49,645 nucleotides of DNA from Methylophilaceae bacterium. Lineage in GTDB: Bacteria > Pseudomonadota > Gammaproteobacteria > Burkholderiales > Methylophilaceae. Where the stretch lies: NCBI GenBank assembly GCA_031360365.1, contig JANMBK010000002.1, forward strand, positions 1-49,645. Direction: 5' to 3'. The notes beneath the pieces are model-generated. The model made no database searches. It was not told the origin of the DNA and saw only the letters and a program-made list of their open reading frames with translations. The first letter of the stretch is position 1; each line of letters begins with the position of its first letter. Below, in pieces: positions 41,542 through 49,645 of this stretch. The translations under genes and the position numbers were made by a program.

Positions 41542-42459
41542 TTATTGCGCTTTATAATTCTGCCCAAAAAATTCCAGCATCAAAAAATCTTCCAAACCTG
41601 CGCTATCTTCTGGTCGCGCAGACAGCACAATGGTGCGCCCTTGCCTGTGCGATTCCCAATTAAAATCGCCTTGATAATGCTCGCGAATCAAGCTAATCAT
41701 TCTTCGCATCATCACGCGACGCACGTCTTGGCCACGTGGCGCTTCTACCTCAAAATATTGCCGATGCGATGCACTGTAATCACTCATCCAGCCTAAAAAT
41801 GTAAAGGTTGCGTTTTGGCCTCCTAAACTGGTAATTTCAAAAATGCCATTTGTACCATTTTGAAAATTACTTTTAATTTTGGCATCGCGTTTTTCTTCTT
41901 CACTGGGGCCTTTTTCTTTAGCGACTGCTTCGGCATTTATTTTGGCGGCATCTGACTCTTGCGCATCGCGCTCAGCACGTTTTATATTCACATAAGCCAT
42001 CATGTCCACTGGCTTATCGTCAGGCTTAGTTGGCATACTATCAGGAGCTGTCTTTGGCGTGGTCATTACTTCTGGTACGCTAAAATCTGTCGATTTAGGT
42101 GGCTTGTCTGCAGGCTTAGTCATTACTCTAGGTTTGTCGATTGGCTTAGCTTTTTTAACTGGTTCTAATTTTTTAGTCTGCTCTGGCAGTGGCTCTGGTA
42201 TTGGCTCTGGAGGCAGCGGTGTTGTTGGCGTCTCAATTTGTTCTGGCTGAGCAAGCACCACTTCAAATGGTGGTGGTTCTGCTTCTGGCGTTTGTTTAAG
42301 TTTTGGCACCACAAAAAACAAAATAATCGCGTGAATAATGAGTGAAACTAAAAACGCAATCAGTGTATTGCGGCTAATATTCAGCCGAAAATGCCTGTCA
42401 CTTTTTGGCGTCTGCAAAAAATCTTCAAACGCATTATTTGTAGGTAGTTTTACTGCCAT
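41542..42459 (-). CDS. Membrane-anchored Pro-rich protein with TonB/TolA-like architecture
   Basis: TM helix containing S-x3-H (VSLIIHA), a Pro/Lys/Glu-rich linker and a globular C-terminal domain; the start overlaps the hrpA stop. Confidence 0.7.
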   Translation of the reverse strand: MAVKLPTNNAFEDFLQTPKSDRHFRLNISRNTLIAFLVSLIIHAIILFFVVPKLKQTPEAEPPPFEVVLAQPEQIETPTTPLPPEPIPEPLPEQTKKLEPVKKAKPIDKPRVMTKPADKPPKSTDFSVPEVMTTPKTAPDSMPTKPDDKPVDMMAYVNIKRAERDAQESDAAKINAEAVAKEKGPSEEEKRDAKIKSNFQNGTNGIFEITSLGGQNATFTFLGWMSDYSASHRQYFEVEAPRGQDVRRVMMRRMISLIREHYQGDFNWESHRQGRTIVLSARPEDSAGLEDFLMLEFFGQNYKAQ

Positions 42460-45400
42460 TAACTAGTGATATCTTGCCAAGTTTTTTCAAGTCGTTTAAT
42501 GGAGACTGGAAACGGGGTTTTGAGTTCCTGCGCGAATAAAGATACACGCAGCTCCTCGATGAGCCAACGATAATCCTGCAAGGCGCATGGAATAAGGCTT
42601 CCAGCGGCATGTATTTGATGTGTTTTATCTTGCCACTTTTGCCATAACACGCCCACGCTGCCCGCGTTTTTACCATCACGCTCAGGGTTAGCCGGTTGTT
42701 TTTGGATGCGCAAATTAAGTGCTTTTAAATAGCGCGGCACATTGCTTAAATGCTGCCATGGCGTTTTGCTAAAGCAATTTTTATACACCAAAAGCTGCAC
42801 TTGTTGCTCCACATCTTTTTTTAGCCTATTCACGGTGGCGGGCATTTTGGCTTGCGCGCTGCTTAAGGCTTGATATTCTGTTGCAATGGCTTGCGCCTGC
42901 CTTGCCATGGCTTCAGAAACGGCTGGTAGCCTTGTGCGTGCACGTTGTTTCAACTTCATAAAGTCGTCATTACTTCTTGGCAAATCGTCCTCTCCAATAA
43001 ACGCGCGGTCAGCAATCGCCATCAGCATATCTTCGCGTAAATCATCGGGCGAAATAATATTGCGAAACGCTAGCGCATACTGGTTAAAATTAGGCAGGCC
43101 TTTTTCTAGCTGCTTCATTTGTTCTTTTAGCTCAAAGCGCATTAGGCGCGCCACACCTTGACGGTGATTCGCTTCTGCCTCTTGCGCGGTATCGAATAAT
43201 TTTACTGCAACGCTATCAATATTATCTTCTAGCGCGGGGTAACCAGTCACTTGCAAGCCATCGCGCTCAAAACTTAACGTTTGTGGCAAATCGCCAAAAT
43301 CCCATTGTTTAAGATTGGTTTTTTCAAGCTGTTTAATATTCTGGGGGGAAGTGTTTCTAAAAGTCAGCTGCGCCGCTTGGCCAAGCTGTTTTTGCAAGAC
43401 TTTCCAATCGCGCCCCATCGCCAACTCACGGCCTGCATCGTCTAAAACACTAAAGTTCATTAAATGATGCGGTTCAATCTCGCTCAATACCCAATCATCT
43501 TGGCTAGTTTTTAACGTCGTTTTGTGTTGAATATACGCCGCTAAAGTTTCCAGCAAAGGCAAATTAAGCTGATTCTCTGCATGCTGCAAAAAGCCCGTGA
43601 CAAACTCTGGTACTGGCACGCAAACTCTCCTAAAACTTTTTGGCAAAGCTTTAATTAAGTATGTGATCTTTTCACGCAGCATACCCGGCACCAGCCATTG
43701 CGTTGGTGTTGAGTCAAGCTGGTTTAACAGAACCAAAGGAACAGTCGCCGTGACGCCATCTAAAACATGGCTGGGTTCAAAGCGGTATTTAAGCGGAATC
43801 TCAATACTATCTAGCAGTATTTTCTCTGGAAACTGCACCGCGGTTATGGCATTCGCTCCGTGACGCATTAAATCATCGCGCGTTAAATATAAAAGTTTCG
43901 GGTTTAGTTTTTCCGCACCCTCACGCCATTTTTCAAAACTAGCCGCGTTAAAAATATCTACAGGAATTTTCGCATCGTAAAAAGCAAATAACTGATTTTC
44001 ATCCACCAATACATCTTGTCGACGCGCTTTGTGTTCTAATTCCTCAACTTCGGCGATTAGTCGCTCATTAGCCACAAAAAATGCTGCTTTGGTATCGAAC
44101 TCTCCATTCCCTAACGCTTCGCGAATAAATATCTCGCGCGATTCTACTGCATTAATCGGTCCATAATGCACGCGACGTTTGGGGATAATCGTTAATCCAT
44201 ACAAACTGACGCGCTCCCAAGCGTTTACCATGCCCATTTTTCTATCCCAACGCGGGTCAGAATAGACACTTTCAGTCAAACATCTGGCTAATGGCTCTAT
44301 CCAATCGGGCTCTATCTTCGCCACGCAACGTGCGTAAAGCTTGCTGGTATCCACCAGCTCGGCGGCGATGACCCATTTAGGACGTGTTTTCTTTAAACCG
44401 CTACCAGGTGCGACAAAAAAGCGAATTCCACGCGCACCTGCATAACTGTCATTATCACCATCTTTAAAACCGATATTACCGAGCAAGCCTGCTAATAGGG
44501 CTTTGTGAATTTGTTCGAAATTGGCAGTATCGGTGTTTAGCTTAAACTCCATCTCGTCAGTAATTTGCTTAATTTGTCCATGCAACTCGCGCCACTCTTT
44601 TAAGCGTAAAAATGAAAGGAAGTTTGCATGACATTGGTTGAGCAAATCCTTATTACTTTTTTTAGTTTTAAGTGCACCTTCATACCAATCCCAAATCTTC
44701 AAATAGCTCATAAAATCCGAGCCTTCACCTATAAATTTGCTATGCGCGTTATCGGCTGCTTCGCGCTTATCCATTGGCCGCTCACGCGGGTCTTGCATGC
44801 TGAGTACGCTGGCAATAATCAAAATTTCACTTAAGCAATTTTCACGTTTTGCCGCCAAAATCATGCGACCGACGCGTGGATCTAGCGGCAACTTGGCAAG
44901 CTGCAAACCAATCTCGGTAATTTGCCTGTTCGCATCTACCGCACCCAACTCTTGCAATAACAAGTACCCATCAGCGATTAAGCGTGAGCTAGGCGCCTCA
45001 ATAAACGGGAACTCGGTTACATCGCCCAACTTAAGTGCCGCCATGCGTAAAATCACTGCAGCCAGTGAGCTACGTAAAATTTCTGGCTCAGTAAATTCTG
45101 GTCTGCCATCAAAATCTAGCTCTGAATACAGTCGCACGCAGATACCGTTTGAAACGCGCCCACAACGGCCAGCGCGTTGTTTAGCGGCGGCTTGGCTAAT
45201 TTTTTCTATCTGCAATTGCTCTACTTTGGCGCGCACACTGTAGCGATTCATTCGCGCCAAACCAGCATCAATCACGTATTTAATGCCGGGCACGGTTAGC
45301 GAGGTTTCAGCGACATTGGTGGCCAACACAATGCGGCGGGCGCTATGCGGCTTGAATATTTTCTGCTGATCTTCAATACTCAAGCGCGCAAACAAAGGTA

Positions 45401-46511
45401 GCACTTCGATGTGTTTTAGTTTAGTTGAACGCCCTTGGTATTTGCGCAAGTGGTCGGCTACGTCGCGAATTTCGCGCTCACCTGGCAAAAACACCAAAAT
45501 ATCGCCATCGCCTTGTCGCAACAAGTCATCTGCCGCGTCCATAATGGCTTCTTCTATGGCTTCTTCTTCGTCATCTTCTTCTAACCAACGCGCTTCGGTC
45601 TTAGGTTTCCTAGCTATTCCAAATATCGTTTCATCTTCAAGGTCAAACTGTGCATTTTCAGGCTCCGAACATTGTTTTGCTCTAAAACCCGCACTGCCAA
45701 GCGGCCGATAACGGATCTCAACTGGGTAAGTTCTACCAGAAACCTCAATCACAGGCGCATCATTAAAATGCAAAGAAAAACGCTCTGCATCAATCGTAGC
45801 CGAAGTCACAATCACTTTTAAATCGGGGCGTTTTGGCAGAAGTTGTTTGAGATAACCTAACAGAAAATCAATGTTTAAACTGCGCTCGTGCGCCTCATCG
45901 ATAATAATCGTATCGTACGCGTTGAGAAAGTTATCGCCCTGCGTTTCCGCCAACAAAATACCATCGGTCATCAGCTTTACGTAGCTGCCTTCAGTTATCT
46001 TGTCGTTAAAACGCACTTTGTAGCCAACCACTTCGCCCAATGGTGAGTTCAGCTCTTGAGCTATTCTTGAAGCCACACTTCTGGCCGCAATCCTGCGCGG
46101 TTGCGTGTGGCCGATTAAACCCGCCACACCGCGACCAAGTTCTAAGCAAATTTTAGGCAATTGCGTCGTTTTACCGCTGCCCGTTTCGCCGCACACAATC
46201 ACCACTTGGTTACTTTGAATCGCTTTGGCAATTTCGTCGCGACGCGCCGAAACGGGCAGTTCAAGCGGATATTCTGGCTTAGGCAAATTGGCTAAACGTG
46301 CCGCATATTTGGCTTGTGATGCATGCACTTTTTGCGTAATTTCATTCAGCAAACGCTGTGACTTTGCTTGGGATTTTTCATCTTTGAGTTTAAGCAAATC
46401 TGCCACATCACGTGCTTTGCGGCGCAAGGCATGCTTATCTGCCAACATGCAGGTTTGTAATTGCAAATGCAGTTGCTGGGTCAATGCGGTAAAGTTAAGC
46501 GAAGTATTCAT
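42459..46511 (-). CDS. hrpA: ATP-dependent DEAH-box RNA helicase HrpA
   Basis: [27 protein letters not shown] and C-terminal [10 protein letters not shown]. Confidence 0.96.
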   Translation of the reverse strand: MNTSLNFTALTQQLHLQLQTCMLADKHALRRKARDVADLLKLKDEKSQAKSQRLLNEITQKVHASQAKYAARLANLPKPEYPLELPVSARRDEIAKAIQSNQVVIVCGETGSGKTTQLPKICLELGRGVAGLIGHTQPRRIAARSVASRIAQELNSPLGEVVGYKVRFNDKITEGSYVKLMTDGILLAETQGDNFLNAYDTIIIDEAHERSLNIDFLLGYLKQLLPKRPDLKVIVTSATIDAERFSLHFNDAPVIEVSGRTYPVEIRYRPLGSAGFRAKQCSEPENAQFDLEDETIFGIARKPKTEARWLEEDDEEEAIEEAIMDAADDLLRQGDGDILVFLPGEREIRDVADHLRKYQGRSTKLKHIEVLPLFARLSIEDQQKIFKPHSARRIVLATNVAETSLTVPGIKYVIDAGLARMNRYSVRAKVEQLQIEKISQAAAKQRAGRCGRVSNGICVRLYSELDFDGRPEFTEPEILRSSLAAVILRMAALKLGDVTEFPFIEAPSSRLIADGYLLLQELGAVDANRQITEIGLQLAKLPLDPRVGRMILAAKRENCLSEILIIASVLSMQDPRERPMDKREAADNAHSKFIGEGSDFMSYLKIWDWYEGALKTKKSNKDLLNQCHANFLSFLRLKEWRELHGQIKQITDEMEFKLNTDTANFEQIHKALLAGLLGNIGFKDGDNDSYAGARGIRFFVAPGSGLKKTRPKWVIAAELVDTSKLYARCVAKIEPDWIEPLARCLTESVYSDPRWDRKMGMVNAWERVSLYGLTIIPKRRVHYGPINAVESREIFIREALGNGEFDTKAAFFVANERLIAEVEELEHKARRQDVLVDENQLFAFYDAKIPVDIFNAASFEKWREGAEKLNPKLLYLTRDDLMRHGANAITAVQFPEKILLDSIEIPLKYRFEPSHVLDGVTATVPLVLLNQLDSTPTQWLVPGMLREKITYLIKALPKSFRRVCVPVPEFVTGFLQHAENQLNLPLLETLAAYIQHKTTLKTSQDDWVLSEIEPHHLMNFSVLDDAGRELAMGRDWKVLQKQLGQAAQLTFRNTSPQNIKQLEKTNLKQWDFGDLPQTLSFERDGLQVTGYPALEDNIDSVAVKLFDTAQEAEANHRQGVARLMRFELKEQMKQLEKGLPNFNQYALAFRNIISPDDLREDMLMAIADRAFIGEDDLPRSNDDFMKLKQRARTRLPAVSEAMARQAQAIATEYQALSSAQAKMPATVNRLKKDVEQQVQLLVYKNCFSKTPWQHLSNVPRYLKALNLRIQKQPANPERDGKNAGSVGVLWQKWQDKTHQIHAAGSLIPCALQDYRWLIEELRVSLFAQELKTPFPVSIKRLEKTWQDITS
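42571..42609. repeat. Intragenic copy of the 39-bp palindrome family (hrpA 3' end)
   Basis: taatcCTGCAAGgC-GCATGGAATAA-GGCTTcCAGcggca. Confidence 0.65.
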
Positions 46512-46610
46512 CCAGAAGGTATTTTATCATGCGTGCCAGTGGCTACTTGAGCGATTAAGACGATTAAAGTTAAGCTAAATAAGATTAACTATTTTCATCT
46601 AATTATTTGC

Positions 46611-46649
46611 ATGCCCTGCAAGCCTTATACATAGAGGCTTACAGAGCAT
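46611..46649. repeat. 39-bp REP-like palindrome, intergenic (ligase/hrpA)
   Basis: ATGCCCTGCAAGCC-TTATACATAGA-GGCTTACAGAGCAT. Confidence 0.88.
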
Positions 46650-46686
46650 CGATTCGCTCTCGTTAGTAATAAAGTAGTAAAAACCG

Positions 46687-47520
46687 TTATTTCTCAATAC
46701 GCTCCCGTAAAAAACTAGCAAACTTTGGTTTGCCATGTTTAGTTATGTCGAGATAGGTATACGTCACAAGACTACCGATTTTTGGCGGATTTTCACGTTG
46801 CGCATCGCTAAAACCTGTGCCCAATTTAAAACGCATACCATCTTGTGCTTCTACTAACAATGCGCCCAACTTGCCAAGGTATTTGCCTTTACCTGGCAAA
46901 TGCGCAATCACTGTTGCTTCGGCATCCATTAACAATTTTAGCTTTAGCAGCACATCGCTGCGACCAGTGATATATTCTGCATCGGCGCGGTGCAACATTA
47001 ACCCTTCGCCGCCATTGGCAACCACTTGCTTCAGTTTTTTATTCAGTTCCGCTTCATTTTTTACATGAAATTGTGACACTGCTTTTAAATGTGCCAAATT
47101 AGCTTGGTTAACTATCTTTACAATGCGTTTGGCGCGTGCATTAAAATCACCTTTGGCATTAGGAAGCTCAAAAATTTGGTAGCTAATATGTTGCCATTCG
47201 GCATCAATTGGAATGTCTTTACGCACAGCGCCAGAAAGCTCATCAAACTTGCCACGCGCCAGCCACAGTTCGCCATCTAGCGGCGTATTGGGTAAGTCTT
47301 TAAGAAACCATGCTGGCGCGTTAATCACATTGCCTTTACGACTTTTAAGTTGCTTGCCATCCCAAATTGCACGCACACCATCTAGCTTCTCGCTGACTAA
47401 ATATTGCTTTACATCAATGCCTTGCTGATAGATTTGCGCCAGTAAAATATCTTGTGCGTATGAAATTGGCGACAAAAATACCAAAAGTAAGCATACTAAA
47501 AAATTACGGAAAACTTGCAT
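46687..47520 (-). CDS. Minimal ATP-dependent DNA ligase with signal peptide (Lig E type)
   Basis: SEKLDGVRA (KxDG), DGELW, EGLML, LLKLK and an OB domain; N-terminal signal MQVFRNFLVCLLLVFLSPISYA. Confidence 0.92.
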   Translation of the reverse strand: MQVFRNFLVCLLLVFLSPISYAQDILLAQIYQQGIDVKQYLVSEKLDGVRAIWDGKQLKSRKGNVINAPAWFLKDLPNTPLDGELWLARGKFDELSGAVRKDIPIDAEWQHISYQIFELPNAKGDFNARAKRIVKIVNQANLAHLKAVSQFHVKNEAELNKKLKQVVANGGEGLMLHRADAEYITGRSDVLLKLKLLMDAEATVIAHLPGKGKYLGKLGALLVEAQDGMRFKLGTGFSDAQRENPPKIGSLVTYTYLDITKHGKPKFASFLRERIEK

Positions 47521-47556
47521 GTAGTCGGCTTAAAATTAACATACGATGAAAAATAT

Positions 47557-47594
47557 CTGGTCTGTAGGCCTCATGGATATTGGGTTTCACGCAT
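47557..47594. repeat. Degenerate intergenic copy of the 39-bp palindrome
   Basis: ctggtCTGTAGGCC-TCATGGATATT-GGgTTtCAcGCAT. Confidence 0.7.
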
Positions 47595-47677
47595 GAATAA
47601 CCAGCTTTAGCTGGTATATTCTGCGGGGACAACCTTTACGGTTGCGGAGCAGGTACTTTAATGATTGTGTATTGAGT

Positions 47678-48499
47678 TTAATTTAAAAACCTACTATTAA
47701 GCGCTTCTAAATTAAATTCACTCAATATCGCTTGCATGCGCTCTGCCGCGTTTTTACGTGGCTGGCCTGTATATTTGGCGATTATCAGCTCGTTTTTCAT
47801 GGAATGTTCCCAACCAACCAACTCGGTCACGGTCACACTGTATCCCGCCGCTTCTAGCTGCAAGCAACGCAACACATTGGTAATTTGGCTGCCAAACTCG
47901 CGCGTATGAATAGGGTGGCGCCAAATTTCGCTCAGCGGCGTTTTGCCAAAACTCTCCACTTTTTTAAGGCGTAACACCTCCGCCACTTCGGCTTGGCAGC
48001 AAGGCACCAGCACCATATATTTGGCTTGCTTGGCCAAGCCAAACTGAATCGCATCATCGGTGGCGGTATTGCAGGCGTGCAGCGCGGTAACAATATCAAT
48101 TTTTTTGGGGATTGTGTCTGCTGTAATCGATTCTGCCACGCTTAAATGCTCAAAACGCATACGAGCAAAGCCACAATCTGTCGCTAATTGTCGCGATTTT
48201 TCAACTAAATCGGCGCGCGTTTCAATGCCAATCACTTCACCCGCTGCTAATTGTTTCATCAGCAAATCATACAAAATAAAGCCTAAATACGATTTGCCTG
48301 CACCGTGATCAACCAATACTGGATTTGAGTTTTGTGTTAATACATCGTTAAATAATGGCGCAATAAAATTAACCAAATGATTGACTTGCTTCAACTTGCG
48401 GCGCGAATCTTGATTGAGTTTGCCGTCTATGGTGAGGATGTGCAGCGCTTTAAGCAGTTCAACAGACTGCTTAGGATTAATTTCAGTATTGGTTAACAT
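47678..48499 (-). CDS. Class I SAM-dependent methyltransferase
   Basis: DHGAGKSYLG, ALHACNTATD and VPCC motifs. Confidence 0.85.
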   Translation of the reverse strand: MLTNTEINPKQSVELLKALHILTIDGKLNQDSRRKLKQVNHLVNFIAPLFNDVLTQNSNPVLVDHGAGKSYLGFILYDLLMKQLAAGEVIGIETRADLVEKSRQLATDCGFARMRFEHLSVAESITADTIPKKIDIVTALHACNTATDDAIQFGLAKQAKYMVLVPCCQAEVAEVLRLKKVESFGKTPLSEIWRHPIHTREFGSQITNVLRCLQLEAAGYSVTVTELVGWEHSMKNELIIAKYTGQPRKNAAERMQAILSEFNLEALNSRFLN

Positions 48500-48546
48500 G
48501 CAGCAATTTTAAAGCAAAAATAATATTTCAAATTAATATTTAACTG

Positions 48547-48574
48547 GTAAATATTTCACTCAGCTTGTCGTCAA
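48547..48574 (+). promoter_or_regulatory. Candidate ECF-sigma promoter
   Basis: GTAAA, 17 nt, CGTCAA; about 100 bp upstream of the repeat-protein/ECF genes and similar to AAC/CGT-type ECF promoters. Confidence 0.45.
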
Positions 48575-48671
48575 ACTATATCTAACTGCGTTTTGATGAG
48601 TAAGGGCAGCAAATTAAACGCCTAGTTTAATCTTAAGCTTTATAACTTTAAATTTTATAAGGGAATCGAAA

Positions 48672-49022
48672 ATGAAAAAAATACTTGTGATGACCAGTTT
48701 GCTTGGCCTAATGTTATCAGCAACAGCCTTTGCAGGCTTAGATGAGCGTGGCGACCGCGTGGAAGAGCGCTTAGACAATAAAGGTGACCGTATTGAAGAT
48801 CGCTTAGACAATAAAGGTAACCGTATTGAAGACCGTTTAGATAATCGTGCCGATAAAGCGCGTGATAATGGCCACGCAGCGCGCGCCAATAAACTAGAGC
48901 GTAAAGGTGATCGCGTTGACCAACATTTAGACAAAAAAGGCGACCGCGTGGATAATCGTCTAGACCGCAAAGGTGAACGTATTAACAACCGTTTAGATAA
49001 ACGCGCAGCAAAACGTAATTAA
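48672..49022 (+). CDS. Small secreted protein with 11-residue repeats (D-x-K-G-D-R-[VI]-[ED]-x-R-L)
   Basis: SD AAGGGA, a Sec signal ending in AFA, and six 33-nt imperfect repeats. Confidence 0.85.
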   Translation: MKKILVMTSLLGLMLSATAFAGLDERGDRVEERLDNKGDRIEDRLDNKGNRIEDRLDNRADKARDNGHAARANKLERKGDRVDQHLDKKGDRVDNRLDRKGERINNRLDKRAAKRN

Positions 49023-49071
49023 CTTATAAAGTTGACCACTTTTCGGAATAAAATGCGTTTTAAACAGTAAT

Positions 49072-49611
49072 TTGGCGCGGCCACAACACATGCAAAACTT
49101 TTTAAGCAGCATTGAAGGCCGCGCTTTTTCTATCGCGCAATTTGCTACAAGAAATAGAGAAGATGCGCTCGATATTGTGCAAGATGCCATGATGAAACTA
49201 GTGCAAAAATATAGCACGTACCCAGCGGAGCAATGGAAACCGTTGTTTTACAGCATATTGCAAACACGTATTTTAGATTGGCACCGCAAACAAAGTGTGC
49301 ATAACCGCTTTAGAAGCTGGCTCCATTGGGATGGCGAAGATGACGAAACAGAAGATATGCTGGAACAACAGCCTGCAACAGCGGCAAGTTCGCCAGATGT
49401 AAAACTACAAGATCTGCAATTTGGCGACGATTTAAACAATGCGCTGAGTAATTTACCCCTGCGGCAGCAACAAGTTTTTTTGCTGCGTGTGTGGGAAGGC
49501 ATGGACATTGCTGAAACCGCAAAAATCATGCAATGCAGTGAAAGCAGTGTAAAAACGCATTACACACGTGCGTTAGAAAAATTAAAGATGCAATTAGGAG
49601 CACACAAATGA
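49072..49611 (+). CDS. ECF RNA polymerase sigma factor
   Basis: Region 2 (DALDIVQDAM) and region 4 (LPLRQQQVFLLR...ETAKIMQCSESSVKTHYTRA). The start is TTG at 49072 or ATG at 49090. Confidence 0.93.
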   Translation: MARPQHMQNFLSSIEGRAFSIAQFATRNREDALDIVQDAMMKLVQKYSTYPAEQWKPLFYSILQTRILDWHRKQSVHNRFRSWLHWDGEDDETEDMLEQQPATAASSPDVKLQDLQFGDDLNNALSNLPLRQQQVFLLRVWEGMDIAETAKIMQCSESSVKTHYTRALEKLKMQLGAHK

Positions 49612-49645
49612 GCAATGACGAGCAATTTGAACGTAAAGTAAAAAC
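49608..49645 (+). CDS. Probable anti-sigma factor, 5' end only
   Basis: ATGA overlap with the sigma stop, SD AGGAG, translation MSNDEQFERKVK. The function is inferred from position only. Confidence 0.55.
   Translation, partial: MSNDEQFERKVK

Noticed and set aside
48740-49000. 33-nt periodic repeats as a possible CRISPR array
   Set aside because: The repeats are contiguous, in frame and vary at synonymous positions; there are no unique spacers and no cas genes.
1534-49529. Many short antisense or overlapping ORFs in the track (e.g. 2102-2578, 4490-4987, 44737-45243, 48614-48988)
   Set aside because: They are shadows of well-supported genes with no recognisable motifs.

Overview
Chromosomal window, mostly housekeeping, from a betaproteobacterium. 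Protein types and gene order suggest Methylophilaceae (Methylotenera-like); this is inference only. In order: 5' part of typA; two tandem DEAD-box helicases; a c-di-GMP signalling operon (REC-PAS-GGDEF-EAL, single-domain REC, and a sensor kinase pseudogene with 2 frameshifts and 2 in-frame stops); truncated hemoglobin and purT; a TonB-dependent receptor with a sigma54 enhancer-binding protein and a complete UAS-IHF-(-24/-12) promoter; ybbP/ybbA/tesA; tilS, accA, dnaE; a Pil-Chp cluster (pilGHIJ-chpA) divergent from a FIST/NosP-like gene; tpx; a MazG-like gene; rlmL; a spermidine-synthase-like gene; an RNB nuclease; a COG0523 GTPase; a TonB-like protein; hrpA; a signal-peptide ATP-dependent DNA ligase; a methyltransferase; and an 11-residue-repeat periplasmic protein followed by an ECF sigma/anti-sigma pair. 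I saw no CRISPR array, rRNA, tRNA or transposase. The most notable unexplained structure is a 39-bp palindrome family (about RTGCYCTGYARGCC-N11-GGCTTRCAGRGCAY) with 5 intergenic copies and at least 4 copies inside intact coding sequences (dnaE twice, hrpA, purT). All calls come from reading the sequence by eye; no searches were run.
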